DNA of 57,926 nt, from positions 1-57,926 of the forward strand of contig CAJXXR010000020.1 in NCBI GenBank assembly GCA_913063375.1. The letters run 5' to 3'. The notes below the pieces were generated by a model, which made no database searches, was not told the origin of the DNA, and worked only from the letters and a program-made list of their open reading frames with translations. Position 1 is the stretch's first letter, and each line of letters begins with the position of its first letter. This document shows, in pieces, positions 37,534-47,501 of the stretch. The DNA comes from an uncultured Flavobacteriales bacterium. Its GTDB lineage: Bacteria > Bacteroidota > Bacteroidia > Flavobacteriales > CAJXXR01. The position numbers and the translations under genes are program-made.

Positions 37534-38003
37534 GTCTTTATTTTTCTTTATATCAGTCTATTAAATGGATTGTAATCTCATCATCTTCACAACCACTAAT
37601 TTATTTAAAATCTGCTGATTTTTTAAATTTTTTTGATGATTTCAGCATTCAAATTTATCCGTTTGCTAAATCCGATACACAATGATACTACAATTTTTAG
37701 TAATTGCACAATATTTTAGCAAAATAATTAGTGAAAATACAAGAATCACTCAAATAAACCTCCTTATCAAACGCACATCAGACTTAACAATACGCCCAAA
37801 GACTCAATAAATCCAATACTTTACACATACGATAGCAATATTGCTAATATAATTAGTAAACAAACCAAGCCAATTACAAATTCTTATCACTATTTGAAAT
37901 AATCTATATAAATTCTTGCATAAAAATGTAAGTACTGAATGAAAGAACCTATTTCACTTTAGAAATAAAATGACCTTATGATCAAAATTGATAACTTTGG
38001 ATT

Positions 38004-38429
38004 ATGAAAAATTACAGTGAAGACGAAATTGATGATTTAATCAAACGATTTGAAGCAAGAAGTCTACCGAAGGTAGAATGGACACATGAAGCTCATCTTG
38101 TTGTTGCTATTTGGTATGCACAAAAAAATGGGATGAATCAAGCACTAGACCTGGTGAGGGATTATATTACACAACACAACCAATCCGTCGGGACTCCCAA
38201 CACTGACACAGAGGGATACCATGAATCGATTACGAAATTTTGGTTGATAGCTGCTGATAAGTTCCTACAAACTGGACAATCACTATCAATTTCTCAGGCA
38301 TGTAATGCCTTTATCAATTCTCCACAAGGTAAAAGTAATTACCCTTTAAATTTCTATTCAGAAAAACGACTGTTTTCAGTTGAAGCAAGACGCTTTTGGA
38401 TAAGGCCTGATATAAAAGAAATGAAATAA
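38004..38429 (+). CDS. Hypothetical protein (141 aa)
   Basis: ORF with a downstream bidirectional terminator. No motif recognised. Confidence 0.45.
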   Translation: MKNYSEDEIDDLIKRFEARSLPKVEWTHEAHLVVAIWYAQKNGMNQALDLVRDYITQHNQSVGTPNTDTEGYHESITKFWLIAADKFLQTGQSLSISQACNAFINSPQGKSNYPLNFYSEKRLFSVEARRFWIRPDIKEMK

Positions 38430-38434
38430 CGCAT

Positions 38435-38474
38435 AAAAAAAAGCCGTTCCAAATTATTGGAACGGCTTTTTTTA
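38435..38474. terminator. Bidirectional terminator shared by 38004..38429 (+) and pruA (-)
   Basis: aaaaaaa, then agccgttcc/aaattatt/ggaacggct, then tttttt. Confidence 0.75.
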
Positions 38475-38488
38475 TTTTAATCCTATTC

Positions 38489-40114
38489 TTAACCTAAGAA
38501 TGGGTATCTATAATCTGTTGCAGGAACAAATGTTTCCTTGATTGTCTTTGCAGACACCCAACGCATCAAGTTCATTGCTGAACCAGCTTTATCATTTGTA
38601 CCAGAAGCTCTTGCTCCGCCAAATGGTTGTTGAGAAACAACTGCACCGGTTGGCTTATCATTAATATAATAGTTACCACATGCATTTTCCAATGCCTTAC
38701 TAGCACTATCAATGATATAACGATCAGTTGCAAACAAAGCACCAGTCAAAGCGTAAGGAGATGTTTCATCAACGATCTTCAATGTCTCTTCAAACTTATC
38801 CGCATCGTATACATAAATCGTTACTACAGGACCGAACAATTCTTGTTCCATCGTTTCGTAGTAAGGATTTGAAGTAACGATAATAGTTGGTTCGATAAAG
38901 TAACCTTTAGATTTATCGTAATTTCCACCTACAAGAATCTCAGCATCAGAAGCTGCTTTTGCACGGTCGATATAACTCGCCAATTTATTGAAAGAACCTT
39001 CGTGGATAACGGCATTGATGAAATTAGAGAAATCACCAGGATCACCCATTTTCACGGTAGCCATATCTGTTACCAATACATCTTTGATAGCCGCCCAAAG
39101 TGTATTTGGAGCGTATACTCTAGATGCTGCAGAACATTTCTGTCCTTGGTATTCGAATGAACCTCTAATGATAGCAGTAGCTGCAGGTCTCGCCTCAGCA
39201 GACTCATGAATCACAATAAAGTCTTTACCACCAGTCTCACCAACTATTCTTGGGTACGAGTTATACATATCGATATTGTTACCGATTTGCTTCCAAAGGT
39301 GCTTAAATACATGCGTAGAACCAGTAAAGTGAAGTCCAGCAAATTCTTTATGAGATATTACTACATCAGAAATCTCAACAGGATCACCATATACAACATT
39401 GATTACACCGTCTGGTAAACCAGCAGCCTTGAACAAGTCAACAATTACTTGAGCAGAGTATACTTGACTATCAGAAGGCTTCCAAACGATTACATTCCCC
39501 ATCAATGCAGGTGCAGAACAAAGATTGGCAGCAATAGAAGTAAAGTTAAATGGAGTAATTGCATATATAAATCCTTCCAAAGGTCTCAACTCCATTCTGT
39601 TCCACATTCCTGGATCAGATTCTGGTTGATCTTTATACAGTTGTGTCAAATACACAGCATTGAAACGCAAGAAGTCAATCAGCTCACAAGAAGCATCGAT
39701 TTCCGCTTGGAAGATATTTTTTGATTGTGCTATCATAGTAGCAGCATTCATTCTATTTCTGAAAGGACCAGCCAATAGATCAGCAGCTTTCAAAAAGATA
39801 GATGCACGGTGCTCCCATGGCATTTGTGACCAAGACTTTCTAGCCCCTAAAGCAGCATCGATAGCTTGTTTGGCATGTTCAGCACCACCGCGGTGATACT
39901 GTCCTACTACACGTTGGTGATCATGTGGAGGTGTAATTTGAGCAGTATTACCTGTTCTAACTTCCTCAGATCCGATATACATCGGGATATCCAACTGTTC
40001 GGACATCATTTTATTGTAAAGTGCTTGAACAGCTTCACGTTGTTCACATCCGGGAGCGTAAGGCTTCACCGGCTCACATGATGCGTGAGGCACATTAAAG
40101 AATGCATTTGCCAT
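38489..40114 (-). CDS. pruA: L-glutamate gamma-semialdehyde (1-pyrroline-5-carboxylate) dehydrogenase
   Basis: 541-aa aldehyde dehydrogenase with the P5CDH signatures VGETGGKDFIVIHESA and FEYQGQKCSAASR (catalytic Cys). Confidence 0.85.
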   Translation of the reverse strand: MANAFFNVPHASCEPVKPYAPGCEQREAVQALYNKMMSEQLDIPMYIGSEEVRTGNTAQITPPHDHQRVVGQYHRGGAEHAKQAIDAALGARKSWSQMPWEHRASIFLKAADLLAGPFRNRMNAATMIAQSKNIFQAEIDASCELIDFLRFNAVYLTQLYKDQPESDPGMWNRMELRPLEGFIYAITPFNFTSIAANLCSAPALMGNVIVWKPSDSQVYSAQVIVDLFKAAGLPDGVINVVYGDPVEISDVVISHKEFAGLHFTGSTHVFKHLWKQIGNNIDMYNSYPRIVGETGGKDFIVIHESAEARPAATAIIRGSFEYQGQKCSAASRVYAPNTLWAAIKDVLVTDMATVKMGDPGDFSNFINAVIHEGSFNKLASYIDRAKAASDAEILVGGNYDKSKGYFIEPTIIVTSNPYYETMEQELFGPVVTIYVYDADKFEETLKIVDETSPYALTGALFATDRYIIDSASKALENACGNYYINDKPTGAVVSQQPFGGARASGTNDKAGSAMNLMRWVSAKTIKETFVPATDYRYPFLG

Positions 40115-40346
40115 AACTATATTTTCGTTCTGTGGATAAACAAATTTTGAGCGAAGTTACAAAAAATGAAACAGATTTTGGGTACAATTTGTAACATCAC
40201 TAAAAGCAATTTTTCCGAACAATTAAAACATCAAAAATACAAACCAAACAAGGCAGTCTATTGTGTTATTTCAGTAATAGTACGTCAATATTTTTGTAAC
40301 TTTGTGGTTATAACGGCTAACATTGGTAGTCCCCAAATTATAAGTA

Positions 40347-40979
40347 ATGAACCATACTATAAAAGCCCTTGAATGGCGCTATGCTGTAAAAGCATTTGAC
40401 CCAAATCATAAATTAACAGATCATCAAGTAGAAGGAATCAAAAAGGTACTTAACCTTACCGCTAGCTCATACGGTTTGCAACCTTTTAAGTTTGTATTTG
40501 TTGACAATGTTGAAAAGAGAGAACAATTATTAGCCTATTCTTTCAAACAAAGACAAGTAATTGATGCATCTCATCTTTTGATAATGGCTATTGAAACTAA
40601 CGTGGATGATAACTTTGTAGAAAGTTACCTGGATAACATTTCCGAAACAAGAAAGGTTGAAAAAGATAACCTAACGCAATTTGGAGCAATGATGAAAGGT
40701 AGCATTGGAAATCTGGATCAAGATGGAAAGGAATCTTGGGCAAAAAATCAAGCATATATTGCCTTAGGGAATATATTGACCTACTGCGCCGTAGAAGGAA
40801 TTGACACCTGCCCAATGGAAGGATTTGTTGCTGACGCTTACGACGAAATTTTAGGATTCCATGAAATGGGATTAAAATCTGTATTAGTTGTCCCTCTAGG
40901 AATACGCTCTTCTGAAGATCAGTATCAAAATTTACCAAAAGTACGTAGACAAACAGATGATATAATTAAACATATCTAA
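40347..40979 (+). CDS. NAD(P)H nitroreductase family protein
   Basis: 210 aa. N-terminal ALEWRYAVKAFD...SSYGLQPFKFVFV is typical of the NfsB/nitroreductase fold. Confidence 0.8.
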   Translation: MNHTIKALEWRYAVKAFDPNHKLTDHQVEGIKKVLNLTASSYGLQPFKFVFVDNVEKREQLLAYSFKQRQVIDASHLLIMAIETNVDDNFVESYLDNISETRKVEKDNLTQFGAMMKGSIGNLDQDGKESWAKNQAYIALGNILTYCAVEGIDTCPMEGFVADAYDEILGFHEMGLKSVLVVPLGIRSSEDQYQNLPKVRRQTDDIIKHI

Positions 40980-41098
40980 TAAATTTTCTACTGACTCAGA
41001 ATTTTTTATAAATTGCAATTATATTATTGTATTTATTTATAGATCACAATGCCTATTAGAAAGTAATTTCACTTTTTAATAGGCTATAAGAATAGTGA

Positions 41099-41557
41099 AT
41101 GACAACTATAGAAAAAGAAATTAATCAAACTAAGGATTTTTATGATGTTCGAATCAAAGCATTCGTCAATCTTATTTTCACATACAATCATTTATTAAAG
41201 GAAAATAAATTCCTTCAGGATAATTTTGGTAGTTCAATGCAGCAATTCAATGTATTGAAAATCATAAAAGGTAAGCATCCAGAACCTATCAATCCAGGAA
41301 AAATCAAAGAGGTAATGGTAGAAAAAGCGCCTGATCTAACTAGACTAATTGACCGCTTAGTAAAAAAGGAGTTGGTTAAGCGATGGAAATCCGAAAATAA
41401 CAGAAGGCAAATAAACATAACCCTTACTCAAAAAGGACTCGACCTTCTTGAAGAAATGAGCCCTGCCGTAGAGAATCATTATAAAGAAAAGTTCTCACAA
41501 CTGTCTGACGAAGAGGCAGAGCAACTCAGTACTCTTTTAGATAAGATTCGCTATTAA
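41099..41557 (+). CDS. MarR-family transcriptional regulator
   Basis: 152 aa with a winged HTH (QFNVLKIIKGKH...LTRLIDRLVKKELVKR...NRRQINITLTQKG). Confidence 0.6.
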   Translation: MTTIEKEINQTKDFYDVRIKAFVNLIFTYNHLLKENKFLQDNFGSSMQQFNVLKIIKGKHPEPINPGKIKEVMVEKAPDLTRLIDRLVKKELVKRWKSENNRRQINITLTQKGLDLLEEMSPAVENHYKEKFSQLSDEEAEQLSTLLDKIRY

Positions 41558-41940
41558 TTCAATTCAAATGGGATTCGCAATTGGAATTTAGGAATATCTA
41601 CCCAAAAATCTTCCCCATCTAGGATTCCTACAAATTTATACGATCCAGACATCGCTCCAAAGGAGGATTTCAAATGACAAGCAGAACTATATTCATGCGA
41701 TTCTCCAGGTAATAAAATAGGCTGTCTACCTATCACACCTTCCCCACGTACTTCAGAATCTTTATCAAGACTATCTGAAATATTCCATAACCGCTCTAAA
41801 AGCTGAACGGTTCTATCTGACTTGTTCATAATTTTCACTTTATAGGTGAAAATAAAAAACACTACATCCTTTCTTAGGTAACGTCCCTCAAAATGAGGCG
41901 CAACATTTACCTGAATGCCATTACTAACTTTAACGTACAT
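41554..41940 (-). CDS. apaG: ApaG (DUF525) protein
   Basis: 128 aa, collinear with E. coli ApaG (VQLLERLWNISD...EVRGEGVIGRQPILLPGESHEYSS...DIPKFQLRIP). Confidence 0.8.
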   Translation of the reverse strand: MYVKVSNGIQVNVAPHFEGRYLRKDVVFFIFTYKVKIMNKSDRTVQLLERLWNISDSLDKDSEVRGEGVIGRQPILLPGESHEYSSACHLKSSFGAMSGSYKFVGILDGEDFWVDIPKFQLRIPFELN

Positions 41941-42144
41941 ATTTGGATAATGAATGACACAAAACTACATTAATTTCATCGATGATGGATATTCCATTCC
42001 TCTCAAATTTATGAAAAAAAAAGAGGTATAAAAATAGTCAATTGTAAAAATAGACTTGTATTTGACCTTTTTCACAAAAAAAAGAAGTCAAATGATTATT
42101 TTTTTTAGTTAAAGACTAACCTTCACTTCTCTAAGATTTGAGAA

Positions 42145-44937
42145 TTGATTAAATTGCGCCACTATTTCCAAAGCCAATCTATGTCAGTAAATAATAGATC
42201 ACATATCTCCATTGAAGGGGCCAGATTACACAATCTTAAAAATGTAGACCTGCAAATACCAAGAAATAAATTGGTTGTTATAACAGGTTTATCTGGATCT
42301 GGAAAATCCTCTCTAGCTTTTGACACCTTATATGCAGAGGGTCAAAGAAGGTATGTTGAAAGTCTGTCTTCCTATGCAAGACAATTCATGGGGAAGCTTG
42401 AAAAACCGGATGTTGATAATATTAGAGGACTTTCTCCTACTATTGCCATTCAGCAAAAAGTAAATACTAGTAATCCAAGATCAACAGTAGGTAGTTCAAC
42501 TGAGATTTATGACTATTTAAAACTAGTCTTTTCAAGAATCGGAACAACCATCTCGCCAATTTCTGGAAAAGAAGTAAAAAAACATACTGTAACAAATGTT
42601 GTAGACGCCATCTTAAACCTTGATGAAGGGGATAAATTCTTGATATGTGCTCCATTTGACACAGATAGAGAATTTGAAATATTTAAAAGTAGCCTTCTTG
42701 GTCAAGGGTACGCTAGATTATGGATGGATGGAGAGATTATATCTACAGATGATTTATCCGAAAAAGATTTAAAGAAAAAAAATAAATATATCATCGTCGA
42801 TAGATTGATGGTATCGAATGATACAACTTTTAAAAAGAGACTTGCTGATTCAATACAACAAGCCTTTCACGAAGGAGAAGGCATCCTAGAAATAAAGAAC
42901 ATAACCACTGGAGATAATTTCACCTATTCCAATAAATTTGAATTGGATGGAATATTATTTCAGGAACCCAATATTCATTTCTTTAGCTTTAATAGTCCTT
43001 TTGGCGCATGTCCAACCTGTGAAGGCTTTGGAAAAACAATAGGCCTAGACAAAAGTTTAATCCTTCCAATTCAAAGTACATCCCTGTTTGATGACGCTAT
43101 AGTTTGTTGGAAGTCTGATTCTGGAAAAGCATGGAAAGATGCTTTGTTTAATACTGGATTACCAATCCATAGAGCCTATGAGGATTTAACAGAGGATGAA
43201 AAGGATATCGTTTGGAATGGCTCAGGTAACTATAAAGGAATTTACGCCTACTTTGATGAATTAGAAAATAGTAGCTACAAAATTCAAAATAGAGTTACCC
43301 TTTCAAGATATAGAGGTAAAACAACCTGCCCTGATTGTCAAGGAAAAAAACTGAGAAAAGAAACAGATTATGTCCAAGTTGGAGGACAAAACCTCGGCAC
43401 CTTAAGTGATTTACCACTTGATGAATTAAAACAATTCTTCGATGAACTTAAGCTTGATACCTACAGAGCAGAAGTTGCAAAACGTCTTTTATACGAAATC
43501 AACTCTAGATTAGGTTTCCTAATTGATGTTGGATTATCCTATCTAACACTTAGCAGACTTTCAAATAGTCTTTCTGGTGGAGAATCTCAAAGAATCAATC
43601 TTGCCACCTCTCTTGGAAGTAGTTTGGTGGGATCTGTATATATTTTGGATGAACCAAGTATAGGATTACACTCTAAGGACACAGAAAAACTGATCTCGGT
43701 ATTAAAGAAATTGAGAGATATTGGAAATACAGTAATAGTTGTTGAACATGATGAAGAAATCATGATGTCGGCTGACTATATTATAGATATTGGCCCAGAA
43801 GCAGGTATAAATGGTGGAGAAATTGTCTTTACTGGAACCTATGATGAATTGCCAAAAAGCGAACGCAGCTATACAGCAAAATACCTTACAGGTATAGAAT
43901 CAATTGAGGTTCCTAAAATCAGAAGGCAGGCTATTGATTATATCTATGTTAAAGGAGCCAGTGAAAATAACTTAAAACAGGTAGACGTCACCATTCCATT
44001 AGGTTGTTTTACCGCTGTATCTGGAGTTAGCGGGTCGGGTAAAAGTTCTTTGATAAAGGATGTATTATACCCAGCTATTCACAGACAACTAGGTGGATAT
44101 GGTCACCGTTTAGGAAAACATGAATCTGTACATGGTGCCATTTCTAGAGTCCAAAATGTCGAATTTGTTGACCAAAACCCTATTGGAAAATCTAGCAGGT
44201 CAAATCCTGTAACCTATATAAAAGCCTTCGATGACATTCGAAATCTTTTAGCAAGTCAAAGTCTCGCTGTTCAAAGAGCATATAAAGCCAAACATTTTTC
44301 ATTTAATGTTCCAGGAGGACGTTGTGAGAATTGCCAAGGGGAAGGTACTGTAACCATTGAAATGCAATTCATGGCAGACCTTCACATCACCTGTGAACAC
44401 TGTAAAGGACATAGATACCAAGATCAAATTCTAGATATCAAATTTGGTGGAAAAAATATTTTTGAAATTCTTGAACTAACGGTTGACGAAGCATATCTGT
44501 TCTTCGATAGTAATGACCAAAAGAAAATCACCAATAAGCTATACCCACTTTTACAAGTCGGATTGGGTTACGTTAAACTGGGACAAGCATCGAGTACTTT
44601 AAGTGGTGGAGAGGCCCAAAGGATAAAATTAGCATCCTTCCTAAGTAAATCAGGAAGCCATGACCATACCCTATTTATATTTGATGAACCTACCACTGGC
44701 CTTCATTTTCATGATGTCAAAAAATTACTAAGCTCCTTCGATGCATTACTTGAAAAAGGACACAGTCTAATCGTTATTGAACATAACCTGGATGTATTAA
44801 AATGCGCCGATTGGATAATAGACTTAGGTCCTGAAGGAGGTAAGAAAGGAGGAAATTTACTATTCCAAGGTATTCCTGAGGAGTTAGTGAATGTGAAAAA
44901 CTCTCAAACAGCTCCTTATCTAAAGGAAAAATTATAA
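42145..44937 (+). CDS. uvrA: Excinuclease ABC subunit A
   Basis: 930 aa with two ABC ATPase modules (GLSGSGKSSLAFDTLYAEGQRRY, GVSGSGKSSLIKD), zinc-finger Cys clusters and LSGGE signatures. Alternative start at Met13 (42181). Confidence 0.95.
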   Translation: MIKLRHYFQSQSMSVNNRSHISIEGARLHNLKNVDLQIPRNKLVVITGLSGSGKSSLAFDTLYAEGQRRYVESLSSYARQFMGKLEKPDVDNIRGLSPTIAIQQKVNTSNPRSTVGSSTEIYDYLKLVFSRIGTTISPISGKEVKKHTVTNVVDAILNLDEGDKFLICAPFDTDREFEIFKSSLLGQGYARLWMDGEIISTDDLSEKDLKKKNKYIIVDRLMVSNDTTFKKRLADSIQQAFHEGEGILEIKNITTGDNFTYSNKFELDGILFQEPNIHFFSFNSPFGACPTCEGFGKTIGLDKSLILPIQSTSLFDDAIVCWKSDSGKAWKDALFNTGLPIHRAYEDLTEDEKDIVWNGSGNYKGIYAYFDELENSSYKIQNRVTLSRYRGKTTCPDCQGKKLRKETDYVQVGGQNLGTLSDLPLDELKQFFDELKLDTYRAEVAKRLLYEINSRLGFLIDVGLSYLTLSRLSNSLSGGESQRINLATSLGSSLVGSVYILDEPSIGLHSKDTEKLISVLKKLRDIGNTVIVVEHDEEIMMSADYIIDIGPEAGINGGEIVFTGTYDELPKSERSYTAKYLTGIESIEVPKIRRQAIDYIYVKGASENNLKQVDVTIPLGCFTAVSGVSGSGKSSLIKDVLYPAIHRQLGGYGHRLGKHESVHGAISRVQNVEFVDQNPIGKSSRSNPVTYIKAFDDIRNLLASQSLAVQRAYKAKHFSFNVPGGRCENCQGEGTVTIEMQFMADLHITCEHCKGHRYQDQILDIKFGGKNIFEILELTVDEAYLFFDSNDQKKITNKLYPLLQVGLGYVKLGQASSTLSGGEAQRIKLASFLSKSGSHDHTLFIFDEPTTGLHFHDVKKLLSSFDALLEKGHSLIVIEHNLDVLKCADWIIDLGPEGGKKGGNLLFQGIPEELVNVKNSQTAPYLKEKL

Positions 44938-44940
44938 TCT

Positions 44941-44977
44941 AAAAGAGCCCGCTAGTAAAGTAGGGCTCTTTTTTTTA
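44941..44977 (+). terminator. Rho-independent terminator after uvrA
   Basis: agagccc/gctagtaaagta/gggctct followed by T8. Confidence 0.75.
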
Positions 44978-45156
44978 CTTCTTGTCTGCTTTATTGTAGA
45001 ACACATCTTTAACAAGTCTATCCTATCAAATAACGAGCTTTTCCTGCTATACGTAGAGAATTCTACTATCAACTGGTCTTAAGCCCTACATTTGACTTTA
45101 TAATAGTCAGACCAATAAATGTTTTGTTTACTGGTTATATTAGGGTTATGAACAGG

Positions 45157-45190
45157 GGCAGCTAATTTGGTTTAGCTGCCTTTTTTTTTT
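45157..45190 (+). terminator. Second plus-strand intrinsic terminator 180 nt downstream of the uvrA terminator
   Basis: Perfect 9-bp stem ggcagctaa/tttggt/ttagctgcc followed by T10 then A9. Confidence 0.55.
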
Positions 45191-45255
45191 AAAAAAAAAT
45201 CATGCTTCCCGTCTATGTTCAAAAAATAGACATTCAATTGCATTTCAGCATCAAC

Positions 45256-46146
45256 CTATTCCTTTTTTCTAAATGGGGAAATATCATAGAAGAACTGCCC
45301 AAAGAACCCTTTAGGAAATTGTTCAAGCCCTTTGAAACCTAATTTAATATCTCTACCGTTACTAGGGATATAAGCAGTACCGAAAATATAATCCCAAATG
45401 CTTAATGAAATACCGTAATTCGCTCCATGCTTCCTATCTTCTGGAAGCTCATAGGCATGATGCCATATATGCATTCGTGGGTTATTTAATATATATTTCA
45501 ATGGTCCATAGGATAGGTCAATATTCGCATGATTAAAATGACCAATGGCAATAGAAATATAATAAACGATATAAGCCTGTTGAGGATCAAAATTACCAAT
45601 TAACATCATGGCTATATATTTCATTGGTGTATATAGTACATTCTCCATCCAATGAAATCTCAAATGCGCTGCAAAGCCCATTTCTTCAACCGAATGGTGC
45701 ACCTTATGAAACCTCCACAAAAACTTAAACCGATGTAAGTTGAGATGGGTAAACCATTGTATAAAATCTAAAACAACAAAAAATACAATCAATTGAACCA
45801 CTTGATTCAATTGCTTTGTATCATATACAACTAAGTTGTCCAAACCTCCAATCAACGCTACGAACCACGTCTCAACCAAGGAGGAAAATGCAAAAAAGAT
45901 TATAAGCTTAAAGAGATAAAAATTAAAAAACATATAGAAGGCATCCAACCAAAAATCCTTACGAATTATAGCTTGACTTTTTCTCCAAGGAAAAATGATT
46001 TCCAAAGCCCAAACCACAACTGACAATACAACCAACCACCAAAAATAATTGATATACCAAGGACTTACTCCAAAGGTTATTTCACTCCAGGTATAATGCC
46101 CAAAACGTTTAAAAGAATTCAAAAAGATCTCTAAATAATCATTCAT
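45256..46146 (-). CDS. Sterol desaturase / fatty-acid hydroxylase superfamily membrane enzyme
   Basis: 296 aa polytopic. His boxes HLNLHRFKFLWRFHKVHHS, HFNHANID, IWHHAYE. Confidence 0.7.
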   Translation of the reverse strand: MNDYLEIFLNSFKRFGHYTWSEITFGVSPWYINYFWWLVVLSVVVWALEIIFPWRKSQAIIRKDFWLDAFYMFFNFYLFKLIIFFAFSSLVETWFVALIGGLDNLVVYDTKQLNQVVQLIVFFVVLDFIQWFTHLNLHRFKFLWRFHKVHHSVEEMGFAAHLRFHWMENVLYTPMKYIAMMLIGNFDPQQAYIVYYISIAIGHFNHANIDLSYGPLKYILNNPRMHIWHHAYELPEDRKHGANYGISLSIWDYIFGTAYIPSNGRDIKLGFKGLEQFPKGFFGQFFYDISPFRKKE

Positions 46147-46244
46147 TGTTCAGTAGTATAATTCATCTGATTCTATCTATATAAATGTATCATTTTTTTG
46201 ATGTAAAAAAAAAGCGTCAAACAAACTTGTTTGACGCTTTTTCG

Positions 46245-47495
46245 CTAGTTCGAAATCTCCATTATTCGATATTTCAATCGACTAACGGATTCCCCAATTT
46301 CAGACCAAGCTATTAGAACTTTTCCATCCGATAAACTCGCAATAACAGGATGACTATTATCACTATTTCCTTGACTAATCTTTAACCTATTTATTTCCTT
46401 CCCTTTCTGAATCCAACTTAAGGAAATTTCTCTATCAAATTCCTTAGTTTCTGGAGAAGTCAATTCATACACTAATCCATACGAATCAGCTCCACTCTTC
46501 ACCAATTGAGGATGGGCTCCATGTTCTTCAATCAGAATCCTTGGGCTAAACGATCCAGATTCATTATAACAAAAATACACACCTGGACTACCTCCCATTG
46601 TATACCAAGCTACCCCTAGTTTATCTTCACCACCAGCCATCGATGGCCCAGTATGTGGACATCCACCAACCTTCCATTGATCAGGACTAATATTTACCTT
46701 TTCACTAAAAATCAATCCATCATTTAGAGAACTCATATAGTACATATCTCGGATATTTTCTTCGTTCATCATCCTCAAGGCTACATGGACTTTATTATCT
46801 TGTGAAACTTGAATGTCCGTTCTGCAACATTGACATGTTCCTGAAACAATCACTTTTTGATTTGAAAAGTCAATAGTTCCACCGGTAGTCCCAAAATATA
46901 GACAACTTCCAAAAGTCTGATTTTCTACCTTCCGAGAATCCAACCACACGATCCCTAATTCACCATTACCTAATCTGGCAATATCAAAGAAACTCTGGCT
47001 TTGTGCAGCCGGATCTTGTACCAATTTTTCCTTTGTTGTCCAGGTCTTTCCTTGATCAGATGATTTTACAAAATATAAACTACCCGCAAACCTATTATTA
47101 GGATTGCTTTCTTTAATTCTGAATAATGCAATGATGGTCCCATCTGACTTGATTCCAATTTTTGACATACTCTCAGCATGCGCTTGCATCCCTCTTGATT
47201 CTTCTATATATTGAATACTCTGAAAACCCTTTTCTATTGAAACATATTTAGAAAGACACATCACGTTTTCGTCTTTTTCAACATCATACTCTGTAAAACA
47301 GATAATGGTATTACCCAGCTCATCCAAACTGAAATAAGGATCCAAATATTGCTTACCCTCTTGTGTTGGAATTTCCAAAATAGCCCCTAAATCCTGACCA
47401 TGAACCACTCCAATGGAAGTGATCATGATCAATGAGAATAATAGACTATTTAACGTACTAATTCCCATTTTTCCCTTTTCTGTAAAAGTCGACAT
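46245..47495 (-). CDS. Secreted BNR/Asp-box repeat protein (sialidase-like beta-propeller)
   Basis: Signal peptide. Asp-box SSDQGKTWT. Gly/Ser-rich beta-propeller-like sequence. Enzymatic specificity not inferable. Confidence 0.5.
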   Translation of the reverse strand: MSTFTEKGKMGISTLNSLLFSLIMITSIGVVHGQDLGAILEIPTQEGKQYLDPYFSLDELGNTIICFTEYDVEKDENVMCLSKYVSIEKGFQSIQYIEESRGMQAHAESMSKIGIKSDGTIIALFRIKESNPNNRFAGSLYFVKSSDQGKTWTTKEKLVQDPAAQSQSFFDIARLGNGELGIVWLDSRKVENQTFGSCLYFGTTGGTIDFSNQKVIVSGTCQCCRTDIQVSQDNKVHVALRMMNEENIRDMYYMSSLNDGLIFSEKVNISPDQWKVGGCPHTGPSMAGGEDKLGVAWYTMGGSPGVYFCYNESGSFSPRILIEEHGAHPQLVKSGADSYGLVYELTSPETKEFDREISLSWIQKGKEINRLKISQGNSDNSHPVIASLSDGKVLIAWSEIGESVSRLKYRIMEISN

Positions 47496-47501
47496 GTCTT
47501 A

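Noticed and set aside
38627-40081. Plus-strand ORFs inside pruA and minus-strand ORF 40597..40938 inside the nitroreductase gene
   Set aside because: Antisense to confidently identified enzymes. Shadow ORFs.
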